32,000 nucleotides of DNA from Desulfobulbus propionicus DSM 2032 (GTDB lineage Bacteria > Desulfobacterota > Desulfobulbia > Desulfobulbales > Desulfobulbaceae): positions 2,070,001 to 2,102,000 of the forward strand of contig NC_014972.1 in the NCBI RefSeq assembly GCF_000186885.1, written 5' to 3'. Shown piece after piece: positions 8,231 through 16,649 of this stretch (positions within the stretch are counted from its first letter, which is position 1; each line of letters opens with the position of its first letter). The position numbers and the translations under genes were made by a program. A model generated the notes under the pieces. It saw only the letters and a list, made by a program, of their open reading frames with translations. It searched no databases and was not told the DNA's origin.

Positions 8231-9993
8231 ACGCCCAAGGCCTTGTTCTTGGCGGCTACCTGCTCAGCCATCTCGCGCACATGCTGCTCAAGTTTGGCAT
8301 GCAGAGACGCATCCTCAAGAGCCAAGATCCGCACCGCCAGCACTGCGGCGTTCTTTGCTCCGGCTTTGCCGATTCCCATGGTGGCGACCGGAATGCCCGG
8401 AGGCATCTGCACCGTGGACAGCAATGCATCAAGGCCGTTGAGCGAGGAAGCATCGAGCGGTACCCCGATGACCGGCAAGTTGGTGTGAGCGGCAAGAACA
8501 CCTGCCAGATGGGCGGCCATGCCCGCACCAGCGATGATAATTTTCAAGCCACGTTCTCGGGCGGTTCTGGCATAGGTCGACGCCTGCTCCGGAGTGCGAT
8601 GAGCCGAGTTGACGCTCAGCTCAAACTCGACACCCATCGAGGCGAGAAAGTCGGCGGCGGCTCGCATCACCGGCAGATCGGAATCACTGCCCATCACGAT
8701 GCCCACCAGCGGCCGTTTGTTCAACCGCGCCAGGGCCCGATGCCCGATATCGCGGCGAAAATAGCACCCCTCCCACTTGATCAGATCAACCGCTTGGTAG
8801 GCCCGGTCCAACGCCTCTTTGATCGTTGCGCCGATGGCCGTGACGCCAAGCACCCTGCCGCCGCTGGTAATGACCTGCCGTCCTTTGGTGGCTGTTCCGG
8901 CATGAAAGACTTCGACCCCCCCAACCTTGGCGGCCTGCGCCAACCCGGCGATGGTTTTGCCGGTTACATACTTCCCTGGATATCCCTCAGAGGCCATGAC
9001 CACACAGACGGTCGGCCGAGGATCGATATCGAGCTGGATCCGATCAAGGGTACCATCGATGCAGCCATTGATGATCTCCACCAGGTCATTGTTCAGCCGC
9101 ATCAGCAGGGGCTGGCATTCCGGATCGCCGAAACGGCAGTTGAATTCGAGCACGTTGATCCGGTCGCCATCAATCATCAGTCCGGCATACAGCATTCCCT
9201 TGTACGGTCGTCCTTCAGACGCCATGCCGCGTATCGTTGGCAGCATTATTTCCTCCATCACCCGCGTGGTCAGGGCGTCCGTCATCACCGGAGCCGGAGA
9301 ATAGGCGCCCATGCCGCCGGTATTGGGCCCCAGATCGCCTTCAAAGATCGCTTTGTGATCCTGGGACGAGGGCAACGGCAAAACGGTGGTGCCATCGGTA
9401 AAGGCGATGAAAGACGCTTCCTCGCCCTGGAGAAATTCCTCGACAACCACCTGGTTGCCGGCCGCGCCAAAGGCTTTGTCCTTCATGATCAGGTCAATGG
9501 CCTGCTCTGCCTCGGCGATGGTCTGCACAATGATGACGCCCTTGCCGGCCGCTAAACCGTCGGCCTTGATCACGCAGGGCATGTCCATTGTTTTGAGAAA
9601 TTTTTTGGCCGCGCCCCTCTTGGTGAATGCACCGTATCGAGCTGTGGGAATGCGGTATTTCGCACAAAAATCTTTGGTGAACACCTTGCTTCCTTCGAGA
9701 ATCGCTCCCTTGCTATTCGGGCCGAAAATCCGCAAGCCGTTCTCCTCAAAAAGATCAACAATTCCTTTTGCCAGAGGCTCTTCAGGACCGACAATGGTCA
9801 GGTCGATCCGCTCCTTGACGGCAAAATCCAGCAACCCAGCAAGATCACCGGCGGCGATGTCCACACACTCGGCGATGGCCTTGATGCCGGCGTTCCCGGG
9901 CGCACAAACAACCGCTTTAACCGTTTTCGACTGCTTCAGTTTCCAAACGAGCGCATGTTCCCGGCCGCCGCTACCGATCACCAAAACCTTCAT
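8227..9993 (-). CDS. purD-purE: Fused phosphoribosylamine-glycine ligase / N5-carboxyaminoimidazole ribonucleotide mutase (PurD-PurE)
   Basis: 588 aa from ATG at 9993 (GGAGGAG upstream). N-term MKVLVIGSGGREHALVWKL...GPEEPLAKG...RFGDPECQPLL (PurD); C-term VGIVMGSDSDLPVM...SAHRTPEQ...IIAGAGMAAHLAGVLAA...GVPLDASSLNGLDALLSTVQMPPGIPVATMGIGKAGAKNAAVLA (PurE). Confidence 0.93.
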   Translation of the reverse strand: MKVLVIGSGGREHALVWKLKQSKTVKAVVCAPGNAGIKAIAECVDIAAGDLAGLLDFAVKERIDLTIVGPEEPLAKGIVDLFEENGLRIFGPNSKGAILEGSKVFTKDFCAKYRIPTARYGAFTKRGAAKKFLKTMDMPCVIKADGLAAGKGVIIVQTIAEAEQAIDLIMKDKAFGAAGNQVVVEEFLQGEEASFIAFTDGTTVLPLPSSQDHKAIFEGDLGPNTGGMGAYSPAPVMTDALTTRVMEEIMLPTIRGMASEGRPYKGMLYAGLMIDGDRINVLEFNCRFGDPECQPLLMRLNNDLVEIINGCIDGTLDRIQLDIDPRPTVCVVMASEGYPGKYVTGKTIAGLAQAAKVGGVEVFHAGTATKGRQVITSGGRVLGVTAIGATIKEALDRAYQAVDLIKWEGCYFRRDIGHRALARLNKRPLVGIVMGSDSDLPVMRAAADFLASMGVEFELSVNSAHRTPEQASTYARTARERGLKIIIAGAGMAAHLAGVLAAHTNLPVIGVPLDASSLNGLDALLSTVQMPPGIPVATMGIGKAGAKNAAVLAVRILALEDASLHAKLEQHVREMAEQVAAKNKALGV

Positions 9994-10143
9994 GCAACAC
10001 TCCTCCCTCCGAATTGTTTGATTGGGCACCCATCGATCTTAATGGCGCTCTTTCTAATAAATTATTTCTGTTCTCGTCCAGCAAAATCATCCGGATTTCA
10101 TGTATGTCTTCTCTGTCACCGCACCGGAAAACCGCCATTTTTC

Positions 10144-10173
10144 TTGACATGACGCCATAGGGGCTGGTAACAT
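10144..10173 (+). promoter_or_regulatory. Candidate sigma-70 promoter of the TetR-family gene
   Basis: TTGACA (10144-10149), 18-nt spacer, TAACAT (10168-10173). Confidence 0.4.
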
Positions 10174-10177
10174 TCCC

Positions 10178-10195
10178 GGAATGAGGACTCATTCA
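10178..10195. promoter_or_regulatory. FadR-box-like palindromic operator
   Basis: GGAATGA-GGAC-TCATTCA; inverted repeat resembling the TGAATGA-N4-TCATTCA box of Bacillus-type FadR (TetR family). Confidence 0.6.
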
Positions 10196-10229
10196 TTTTT
10201 TACAGCAATTGCCTGTTTAATCATAATAA

Positions 10230-10820
10230 ATGAAATCACCAGACAAGCATCGTAAGATTATACGTGCTGCCACCAAGGTGTTTGCCAAAAAAGGTTTTTT
10301 TAATGCCAGGATTTCCGACATTGCGAAAGAAGCCAAGGTGGCGGACGGTACTATCTATTTATATTTCAACAATAAATTCGACATTCTCCTCTCGGTTTTC
10401 GAACAGGAAATCGGCAAATTGATCGACCAGGTCAGCCTGTTGCTGAAGAAAGAGGATAATCCGAAGATAAAGCTCGAGATCTTCATCACCAACCATTTGG
10501 AAGAGATGAAGAAAAATCGCTATCTTGCCGAAGTCATTCACATTGAATTGCGGCAGACGAGCAAGCTTATTCGCGAATACCGCAAGAATACCTTCAATGA
10601 ATATCTCGCCATAATCGCTTCGATCATCGAGCAAGGTCAGGAAGCCGGGGTATTTCGCAAAGAAATCGAACCTGAAATAGCCCGACAAATGGTTTTTGGT
10701 GCGCTCGATGAAATTTCTCGATGCTGGCACATAGGCAATGACTGCCCCTTCACCACCGAGGAGGTGAGCCAGCAAATCACCTCCATTTTACAAGTCGGGA
10801 TTCTGGCGCCGAACAATTGA
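10230..10820 (+). CDS. TetR/AcrR-family regulator, FadR (YsiA)-like
   Basis: 196 aa; HTH KIIRAATKVFAKKGFFNARISDIAKEAKVADGTIYLYFNNKFDIL; C-terminal domain RLAEVIHIELRQTSK-type pattern (here RYLAEVIHIELRQTSK). Confidence 0.85.
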   Translation: MKSPDKHRKIIRAATKVFAKKGFFNARISDIAKEAKVADGTIYLYFNNKFDILLSVFEQEIGKLIDQVSLLLKKEDNPKIKLEIFITNHLEEMKKNRYLAEVIHIELRQTSKLIREYRKNTFNEYLAIIASIIEQGQEAGVFRKEIEPEIARQMVFGALDEISRCWHIGNDCPFTTEEVSQQITSILQVGILAPNN

Positions 10821-10955
10821 ACATTCGTTCGGCGTCGAGTTTAGTCCTTTTCCGCCCACGATTCTTTCGTTGTTTTTCTCTTCCAACCGGGCAGCGATCC
10901 ACCGCAGTTGGACAAACGCGTCTGATTCGTTTTTGCCTTCAAGATGAGGCTTTTT

Positions 10956-10994
10956 CTTGAGCGGGCAAACGGCAGTGTCGTTTGCCCGCTCAAG
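10956..10994. repeat. Perfect 16-bp inverted repeat (7-nt loop)
   Basis: CTTGAGCGGGCAAACG / CGTTTGCCCGCTCAAG. Confidence 0.85.
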
Positions 10995-10998
10995 AATC

Positions 10999-11029
10999 GG
11001 TGGGCACGTCAAAAAAGCGCGTGCCCACC
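10999..11029. repeat. Second adjacent perfect 10-bp inverted repeat (11-nt loop)
   Basis: GGTGGGCACG / CGTGCCCACC. Confidence 0.8.
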
Positions 11030-11064
11030 CTATGGATAGATGGCAACTTGAAGGCAAATTGGGC

Positions 11065-11550
11065 TTATTTGATAGAGGAAGCGGTGATGTCGATGACTTC
11101 AAATTCCCGCATTCCCCCAGGTGTTTTTGTCACCACCTCGTCGCCGATCTCCTTGCCGAGAAGAGCTTGCCCCAGCGGCGAAAGCACGGAAATGGAACCT
11201 TTCTTGACATCCGCCTCCTCCGGGCCCAAGAGTTGATACGTTACCTCCACTTCGGTTGTCAAATCCATCAGGGTAACAACGGTGCCGAACACCGCCCGAT
11301 TGGTGGAGACCTTGGAGCAATCGATGACTTCCGCCCGCCCCAGTTTGTCCTTCAGCTCCAGGATTCTCCCCTCAACTAGGCTCTGTCGCTCCTTGGCGGC
11401 GTGGTATTCGGCGTTTTCACTTAAATCGCCATGTGCCCGTGCTACCTCGATTGCCTTGACAATTTCAGGCCGCTCCACCCGTTCAAGCCGCTCCAGCTCT
11501 TCACGAAGCTGCCGATTCCCTGTCAAGGACATCGGGATACGTACAACCAT
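11065..11550 (-). CDS. greA: Transcription elongation factor GreA
   Basis: 161 aa; RPEIVKAIEVARAHGDLSENAEYHAAKERQ, SPLGQALLGKEIGDEV. Confidence 0.95.
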   Translation of the reverse strand: MVVRIPMSLTGNRQLREELERLERVERPEIVKAIEVARAHGDLSENAEYHAAKERQSLVEGRILELKDKLGRAEVIDCSKVSTNRAVFGTVVTLMDLTTEVEVTYQLLGPEEADVKKGSISVLSPLGQALLGKEIGDEVVTKTPGGMREFEVIDITASSIK

Positions 11551-11610
11551 GTCAACTCCTCCTGATGTTAGTTAGCGTTATTCAATGCAATCGTGTGCAT
11601 TTAAATAGGA

Positions 11611-11643
11611 GAAAGCGTTGAGTCTGCTGTACTCAACGCTTTC
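11611..11643. repeat. Perfect 13-bp inverted repeat (7-nt loop)
   Basis: GAAAGCGTTGAGT / ACTCAACGCTTTC between greA and the DegT-family gene. Confidence 0.7.
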
Positions 11644-11735
11644 ATGTTTTGGTACCATTAGTTTTGATGCCACTCCCGGCGAGCCTGTCGGCGTGGCGCA
11701 GGGACAGAGAGCACCCTCTCCCCTACTCCGGGTGA

Positions 11736-12923
11736 TTAGCCACCATGATAAAACCGCTTGATGGTCTCGACCACATAGGCCAGTTGATCGTGATGGAGTT
11801 CCGGAAAGATAGGCAAGGCCAGGGAGTTGGCCGCGGCCTGCTCCGCCACCGGAAACGATTGCGCCTTGAAAGTTTTGGATCGCAGACACTCCTGCTGATG
11901 CAAACAAAGCGGATAATAGATTTCGCAGCCGATGGAGTGCTCTTGCAGGAATTGGCGCAAGGCATCCCGCTGCGGCACATGGATGACAAATTGGTTGTAG
12001 ATGTGGTGGTTATGCTGTTCTGCCCCCGCCTTCCGCAGATACACCTCTGTTGGTAGCGTGACCGGGGCACCAATCAGTCCGGCATCCTCAAAGAGTTGCC
12101 GATAGCTGGCGGCGTTCCGCCTGCGGCCGGCGTGCCAATTTTCCAGATAATCCAACTTGATGGATAAAACAGCGGCCTGGATGGGATCGAGCCGAAAATT
12201 GCCGCCCACCCGGGAATGGTAGTATTTCGGTTCCGCGCCATGGTTGCGGTTAGATTTGAGGATATCGGCAAAAGCCTTGTCCGAGGTGGTGATCATCCCG
12301 CCATCGCCGATCCCCCCCAAATTCTTGCTGGGGAAAAAGGAAAAACAGCCGCACAAGCCCATGCTGCCGGCACGGCGCCAAGTGACGGCGCCATTTTCCT
12401 CAAAGGGAAATTCCGCGCCTATGGCCTGAGCGGCATCCTCGATCACCGGCACCTCGTACGTTCGGGATAGGTCCATGATTCGTTGCATATCGGCGCACTG
12501 GCCGTAGAGATGCACAGGAATCATGGCCTTGATTCGACTGCCCGCTTTGCGGTCTGCCTCCAGGGCCTCGGCCGCCCGTTGCGGATCCATGTTGAGGCTG
12601 TCGGGTTCAACATCGACAAAAACGGGCTGAGCACCGACCCGAAGCACCGTGCCCATGGTGGCAAAAAAGGTATAGGGAGTGGTCAGCACAAGATCGCCAG
12701 GACCTATATCCAGGGACATCAACGAGGCCAGCAAGGCGTCCGTCCCCGAGGATACGCCTACACCGTAGGCAGCCTCTGAGTAGCGGGCAATTTTTTCCTC
12801 GAGTTCGTTCACCTCTTTTCCGAGAATATAGCCGGTGGAATCAATGACCCGGGTAACAGCCTCCAGGATTTGAGGACGTAAGGACGCCAACTGCGGTTTC
12901 AAATCAAGCAAAGGTACATTCAT
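11736..12923 (-). CDS. DegT/DnrJ/EryC1/StrS-family PLP aminotransferase
   Basis: 395 aa; GVSSGTDALLASLMSLDIGPGD, VIEDAAQAIGA, CFSFFPSKNLGGIGDGGMI (PLP Lys), HSRVGGNFRLDPIQAAVL. Confidence 0.92.
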   Translation of the reverse strand: MNVPLLDLKPQLASLRPQILEAVTRVIDSTGYILGKEVNELEEKIARYSEAAYGVGVSSGTDALLASLMSLDIGPGDLVLTTPYTFFATMGTVLRVGAQPVFVDVEPDSLNMDPQRAAEALEADRKAGSRIKAMIPVHLYGQCADMQRIMDLSRTYEVPVIEDAAQAIGAEFPFEENGAVTWRRAGSMGLCGCFSFFPSKNLGGIGDGGMITTSDKAFADILKSNRNHGAEPKYYHSRVGGNFRLDPIQAAVLSIKLDYLENWHAGRRRNAASYRQLFEDAGLIGAPVTLPTEVYLRKAGAEQHNHHIYNQFVIHVPQRDALRQFLQEHSIGCEIYYPLCLHQQECLRSKTFKAQSFPVAEQAAANSLALPIFPELHHDQLAYVVETIKRFYHGG

Positions 12924-12979
12924 TGGAAGAACTAAGAATAAAAGGAATTGGGGGATGATGTTGAAAAAGAACGAGGCGA

Positions 12980-13966
12980 TCAGGAAAATTGATCTGTCGG
13001 TCCAGCAGCGAGGATGACGCCGTCACCACTGAGAAAATCCTGAATATCAGGCATTTCTTTTTCGAACTGTTTGCGTAGTTTCTTAAGAAGATTGGATTCG
13101 ATCTGCCGGACCCGCTCGCGGGAGATGTTGAATTCGTCGGCAATGGTCTGCAGGGTCTTCGGTTCATCGCTCAGCAACCGGGTCGTCAGGATGACCTGCT
13201 CTTTTTCGTTGAGCCGGGTACTGAGATCGGCGAGAATTCCGGCCAACCGTTCGCGCATCTCCTGACTGGCGACCATTTCTTCAATGCCTGGCCCCTCGTG
13301 CGGGAGAAAATTTTTCTGTTCATCCTCTGAATCGCTGCGTACAGGAGCCTCAAGCGAAACATCCCAGTTATCCATCCGCTGGCCCATCTCGATCACTTCG
13401 CTTTCCTTGACGTTCAAGCGCTCGGCCAGCAATTTGACTTCCGGTTTGAACCCCTGCGATTCAAGGAGCTTTTTCTCCTTGTTGAGGCTAAAAAACAGTT
13501 TGCGCTGGGCCTGCGTGGTGCCGATTTTCACCAGCCGCCAGTTGTCCATGATGAATTTGAGAATGTAGGCACGGATCCAGTAAGCGGCGTAGTACGAAAA
13601 CTTGACCCCGCGATACGGGTCGAACTTCTTGGTGGCCTGGACAAGGCCCACGTTGCCCTCCTGAATGAGATCCATGAAGTTTTGCATCCAGTATTTCTGG
13701 AAATCCATGGCCACCTTCACCACCAGACGCAGGTTGGACGACACCAACCGGTAGGCCGCATCCGGATCGCCAGTTTCTTGAAACCGAACCGCCAGTTCTT
13801 CGGTTTCCTCCCGACTCAACAGTTCGTACTGGCTGATTTCCTGGAGATAGCGATGGAGCGCCGGGTTGCTCAGTGCCGGCAGATTGTCGTCACTGCTGGT
13901 CAGCATCAAGGCGTGCTGGGGCGCCTCATTCAGATCCACGCTGTCGATTTCGCTCTGCTCTCTCAT
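12980..13966 (-). CDS. rpoH: Heat-shock-type sigma factor (RpoH family)
   Basis: 328 aa; YLQEISQYELLSREETEELAVRFQETGD, LVVKVAMDFQKYWMQNFMDLIQEGNVGLVQATKKFDPYRGVKFSYYAAYWIRAYILKFIMDNWRLVKIGTTQAQRKLFF. Confidence 0.88.
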   Translation of the reverse strand: MREQSEIDSVDLNEAPQHALMLTSSDDNLPALSNPALHRYLQEISQYELLSREETEELAVRFQETGDPDAAYRLVSSNLRLVVKVAMDFQKYWMQNFMDLIQEGNVGLVQATKKFDPYRGVKFSYYAAYWIRAYILKFIMDNWRLVKIGTTQAQRKLFFSLNKEKKLLESQGFKPEVKLLAERLNVKESEVIEMGQRMDNWDVSLEAPVRSDSEDEQKNFLPHEGPGIEEMVASQEMRERLAGILADLSTRLNEKEQVILTTRLLSDEPKTLQTIADEFNISRERVRQIESNLLKKLRKQFEKEMPDIQDFLSGDGVILAAGPTDQFS

Positions 13967-14012
13967 TCAACTCTGGTATATCGTTGGTCATTCAACTCTG
14001 GTATATCGTTGG
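13964..14012. repeat. Tandem duplication, 25-bp period, spanning the rpoH start codon
   Basis: CATTCAACTCTGGTATATCGTTGGT (13964-13988) followed by CATTCAACTCTGGTATATCGTTGG (13989-14012), identical over 24 nt. Confidence 0.95.
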
Positions 14013-14198
14013 AAAACGTAACCCTGCAAGGAGAGGACTCGCATGCAGGGCTTTGGTGAAAACATTACTCGAAAATTTTGAAAAAAACACTTTAATACGA
14101 CAGTAAGCCCTTGAGGAGTTTTTTTTTCGCCGAATCTATGCTAAGGATACCCGGCTCGAACACCCCCTACTTTTTCCTTGTTCCTCTTTTCGCTCTTT

Positions 14199-15992
14199 AT
14201 GGATAAAATTAGAAATTTCAGCATAATAGCCCATATTGACCATGGCAAATCCACCTTGGCCGACCGAATGATCCAGTTGTGCGATATGGTCACCGATCGC
14301 GAGTTCAAGGACCAACTGCTTGACAGCATGGACATTGAGCGGGAACGGGGCATCACCATCAAATCGCAAACCATCTGCCTGCCGTTTCAGGCCGAGGACG
14401 GCACGACCTATACCCTGAATTTGGTCGATACGCCGGGGCATGTGGATTTCAGCTACGAGGTCTCCCGAGCGCTGTCCTCGTGCGAGGGCGCGTTGTTGCT
14501 TATTGACGCAGCCCAGGGTATCGAGGCGCAAACCTTGGCCAACTTGTATCTGGCCATGGAAAACAACCTGGAAATCATTCCAGTGATCAATAAGATCGAC
14601 CTGCCCGCCGCTGAACCGGACAAAGTGGCGGCGCAGATCGAGGAGGATTTGGGGTTGGATGGCGAAACCATCCAACGGTGTTCCGCCAAGACCGGCCAAG
14701 GGGTCAGGGAATTGCTCAATGCCATTGTCCGCCTCCTGCCGCCCCCCTTGGGGGACCCGACAAAACCCCTAGAAGCCTTGATCTTCGATGCCAATTACGA
14801 CCCATACCGCGGCACGGTCATTTCGGTGCGCATCGTCAATGGAACGGTAAAAACCGGCGACCAGATCGTGTTCATGTCCAATGGGGCGGAATACCGGGTG
14901 GAGGAACTGGGCATCTTTCGCCTGCGACGTGAACCGCGCCAACAACTTGCCGCCGGTGAGGTCGGCTACATCATTGCCGGGGTGAAAACCGTGTCCGATA
15001 CCCGGCCAGGCGACACCATCACCCATAAGGACCGCCCCTGCCCCACCCCCCTGCCCGGCTTCAAGGAAGTGCAACAGGTGGTCTTCTCCTCGCTCTATCC
15101 CATCTCCACCGACGATTACGAGGATCTGGCCAGCGCGCTGGAGAAACTCAAGCTCAACGACGCGGCCCTAACCTTTCAAAAGGATTCCTCAGCAGCGCTC
15201 GGCTTTGGGTTCCGCTGCGGCTTTCTCGGTCTGCTCCACCTGGAAGTGGTGCAGGAACGACTCGAGCGTGAATTCGATATTTCCCTGATTCTGACCGTAC
15301 CCACGGTTAAATATAAATTTTACCTGCAGAACAAGACTGTGGTCGAGGTCGACAACCCCACCTATTTCCCGGACCCTGGTTCGATCGCCCGGATCGAGGA
15401 ACCGTACATCAAGGCCACCATTCATATCCCCGAGCGCTACATGGGCGTGGTCATGACCCTGTGCATGGAACGACGCGGAGAAAACACCAAATACCATTAT
15501 CCCATGCCCGGACGGATCGAATTCACCTGTGAGCTACCCCTTGCCGAGGTGATCTACGATTTTTACGACAAACTCAAATCCATCACCCAGGGCTACGGTT
15601 CCTTTGACTACGAACTGATCGACTATCGTCCCAGCGATCTGGTCAAGCTCGACATTCTGGTCAACGGCGAGCAGGTCGATGCCCTGTCGCAGCTCACCCA
15701 CCGGACCAAGGCCAGGGAACGGGGGCTCAAGGCCTGCGAGCGGCTCAAGGAAGAGATTCCCCGCCAAATGTTCAAGATCGCTATTCAGGCAGCCATCGGC
15801 GGCAATATTATTGCCAGGGAAACCATTTCCGCCCTCCGCAAGGACGTGACCGCCAAATGCTATGGCGGCGACATTAGTCGGAAACGGAAATTATTGGAAA
15901 AACAGAAGGAAGGAAAAAAGCGGATGAAAACCGTGGGCAATGTCGACATTCCCCAGCGGGCCTTTTTGGCGGTGCTCAAATCGGAGCAATGA
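14199..15992 (+). CDS. lepA: Elongation factor 4 (LepA)
   Basis: MDKIRNFSIIAHIDHGKSTLADR, ERERGITIKSQT, NLVDTPGHVDFSYEVSR, VINKIDLPAAEPD, GGDISRKRKLLEKQKEGKKRMK. Confidence 0.96.
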   Translation: MDKIRNFSIIAHIDHGKSTLADRMIQLCDMVTDREFKDQLLDSMDIERERGITIKSQTICLPFQAEDGTTYTLNLVDTPGHVDFSYEVSRALSSCEGALLLIDAAQGIEAQTLANLYLAMENNLEIIPVINKIDLPAAEPDKVAAQIEEDLGLDGETIQRCSAKTGQGVRELLNAIVRLLPPPLGDPTKPLEALIFDANYDPYRGTVISVRIVNGTVKTGDQIVFMSNGAEYRVEELGIFRLRREPRQQLAAGEVGYIIAGVKTVSDTRPGDTITHKDRPCPTPLPGFKEVQQVVFSSLYPISTDDYEDLASALEKLKLNDAALTFQKDSSAALGFGFRCGFLGLLHLEVVQERLEREFDISLILTVPTVKYKFYLQNKTVVEVDNPTYFPDPGSIARIEEPYIKATIHIPERYMGVVMTLCMERRGENTKYHYPMPGRIEFTCELPLAEVIYDFYDKLKSITQGYGSFDYELIDYRPSDLVKLDILVNGEQVDALSQLTHRTKARERGLKACERLKEEIPRQMFKIAIQAAIGGNIIARETISALRKDVTAKCYGGDISRKRKLLEKQKEGKKRMKTVGNVDIPQRAFLAVLKSEQ

Positions 15993-16605
15993 ACCCTTCC
16001 CCGGGAGGCGTAACGGAAATGGACCGGGCAAAGCCGCTCAACCGACTGCGCAGGCTGTCCAGCCCCTGACCGGTAGAGGAGGAAAAGATGATCCTGTCGT
16101 CCGCGGTCAGGGTGAGGCCGGCATCCAAGGCGGCCGCATTCTTCATCTGCTGGTTGCGGCTCAGCTTATCCGCCTTGGTGTAAACGGGCAGGTATGGTGT
16201 GTCGAGATAGCGCAACCAATCGACCAACTCCCTATCCAACTGCTTGAGCTCGTGCCGCAGGTCAATGATCACCACCACGCAGGCAAGGGTGGACCGGGTT
16301 GTGACATATTCAGTAATCAATCCCTGCCAACTCTGGCGGGTCTGCTGGGAGACCTGCGCATACCCGTATCCGGGCAAATCGACCAGATACAGCGATTCTT
16401 CAACCAAAAAATAGTTGAGACTCTGCGTTTTTCCGGGCTTGGAACTGGTCTTGACCAAGTTGGACCGATCGACCAGCCGGTTGAGCAAACTCGACTTGCC
16501 GACATTGGAGCGACCGGCAAAGGCGATGTCCGGATACACCGGTGCGGGCAACTGGCCGATGGCGTGGGCGGAGAGAAGAAACTGTACTTTCCTGAAGTCG
16601 ATCAT
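15976..16605 (-). CDS. engB: Ribosome biogenesis GTP-binding protein YihA/YsxC (EngB)
   Basis: 209 aa; DIAFAGRSNVGKSSLLNRL, SSKPGKTQSLNYF, LVDLPGYGYAQV, YTKADKLSRNQ. Confidence 0.93.
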   Translation of the reverse strand: MIDFRKVQFLLSAHAIGQLPAPVYPDIAFAGRSNVGKSSLLNRLVDRSNLVKTSSKPGKTQSLNYFLVEESLYLVDLPGYGYAQVSQQTRQSWQGLITEYVTTRSTLACVVVIIDLRHELKQLDRELVDWLRYLDTPYLPVYTKADKLSRNQQMKNAAALDAGLTLTADDRIIFSSSTGQGLDSLRSRLSGFARSISVTPPGEGFIAPI

Positions 16606-16649
16606 TGCCTGCCCCCGCCCATCGTACCGGATGCCCTATCAGTTATTGG

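Noticed and set aside
8221-9555. 444-aa plus-strand ORF
   Set aside because: Antisense shadow of purD-purE in a GC-rich region; no recognisable motifs (His/Gly/Arg-rich composition).
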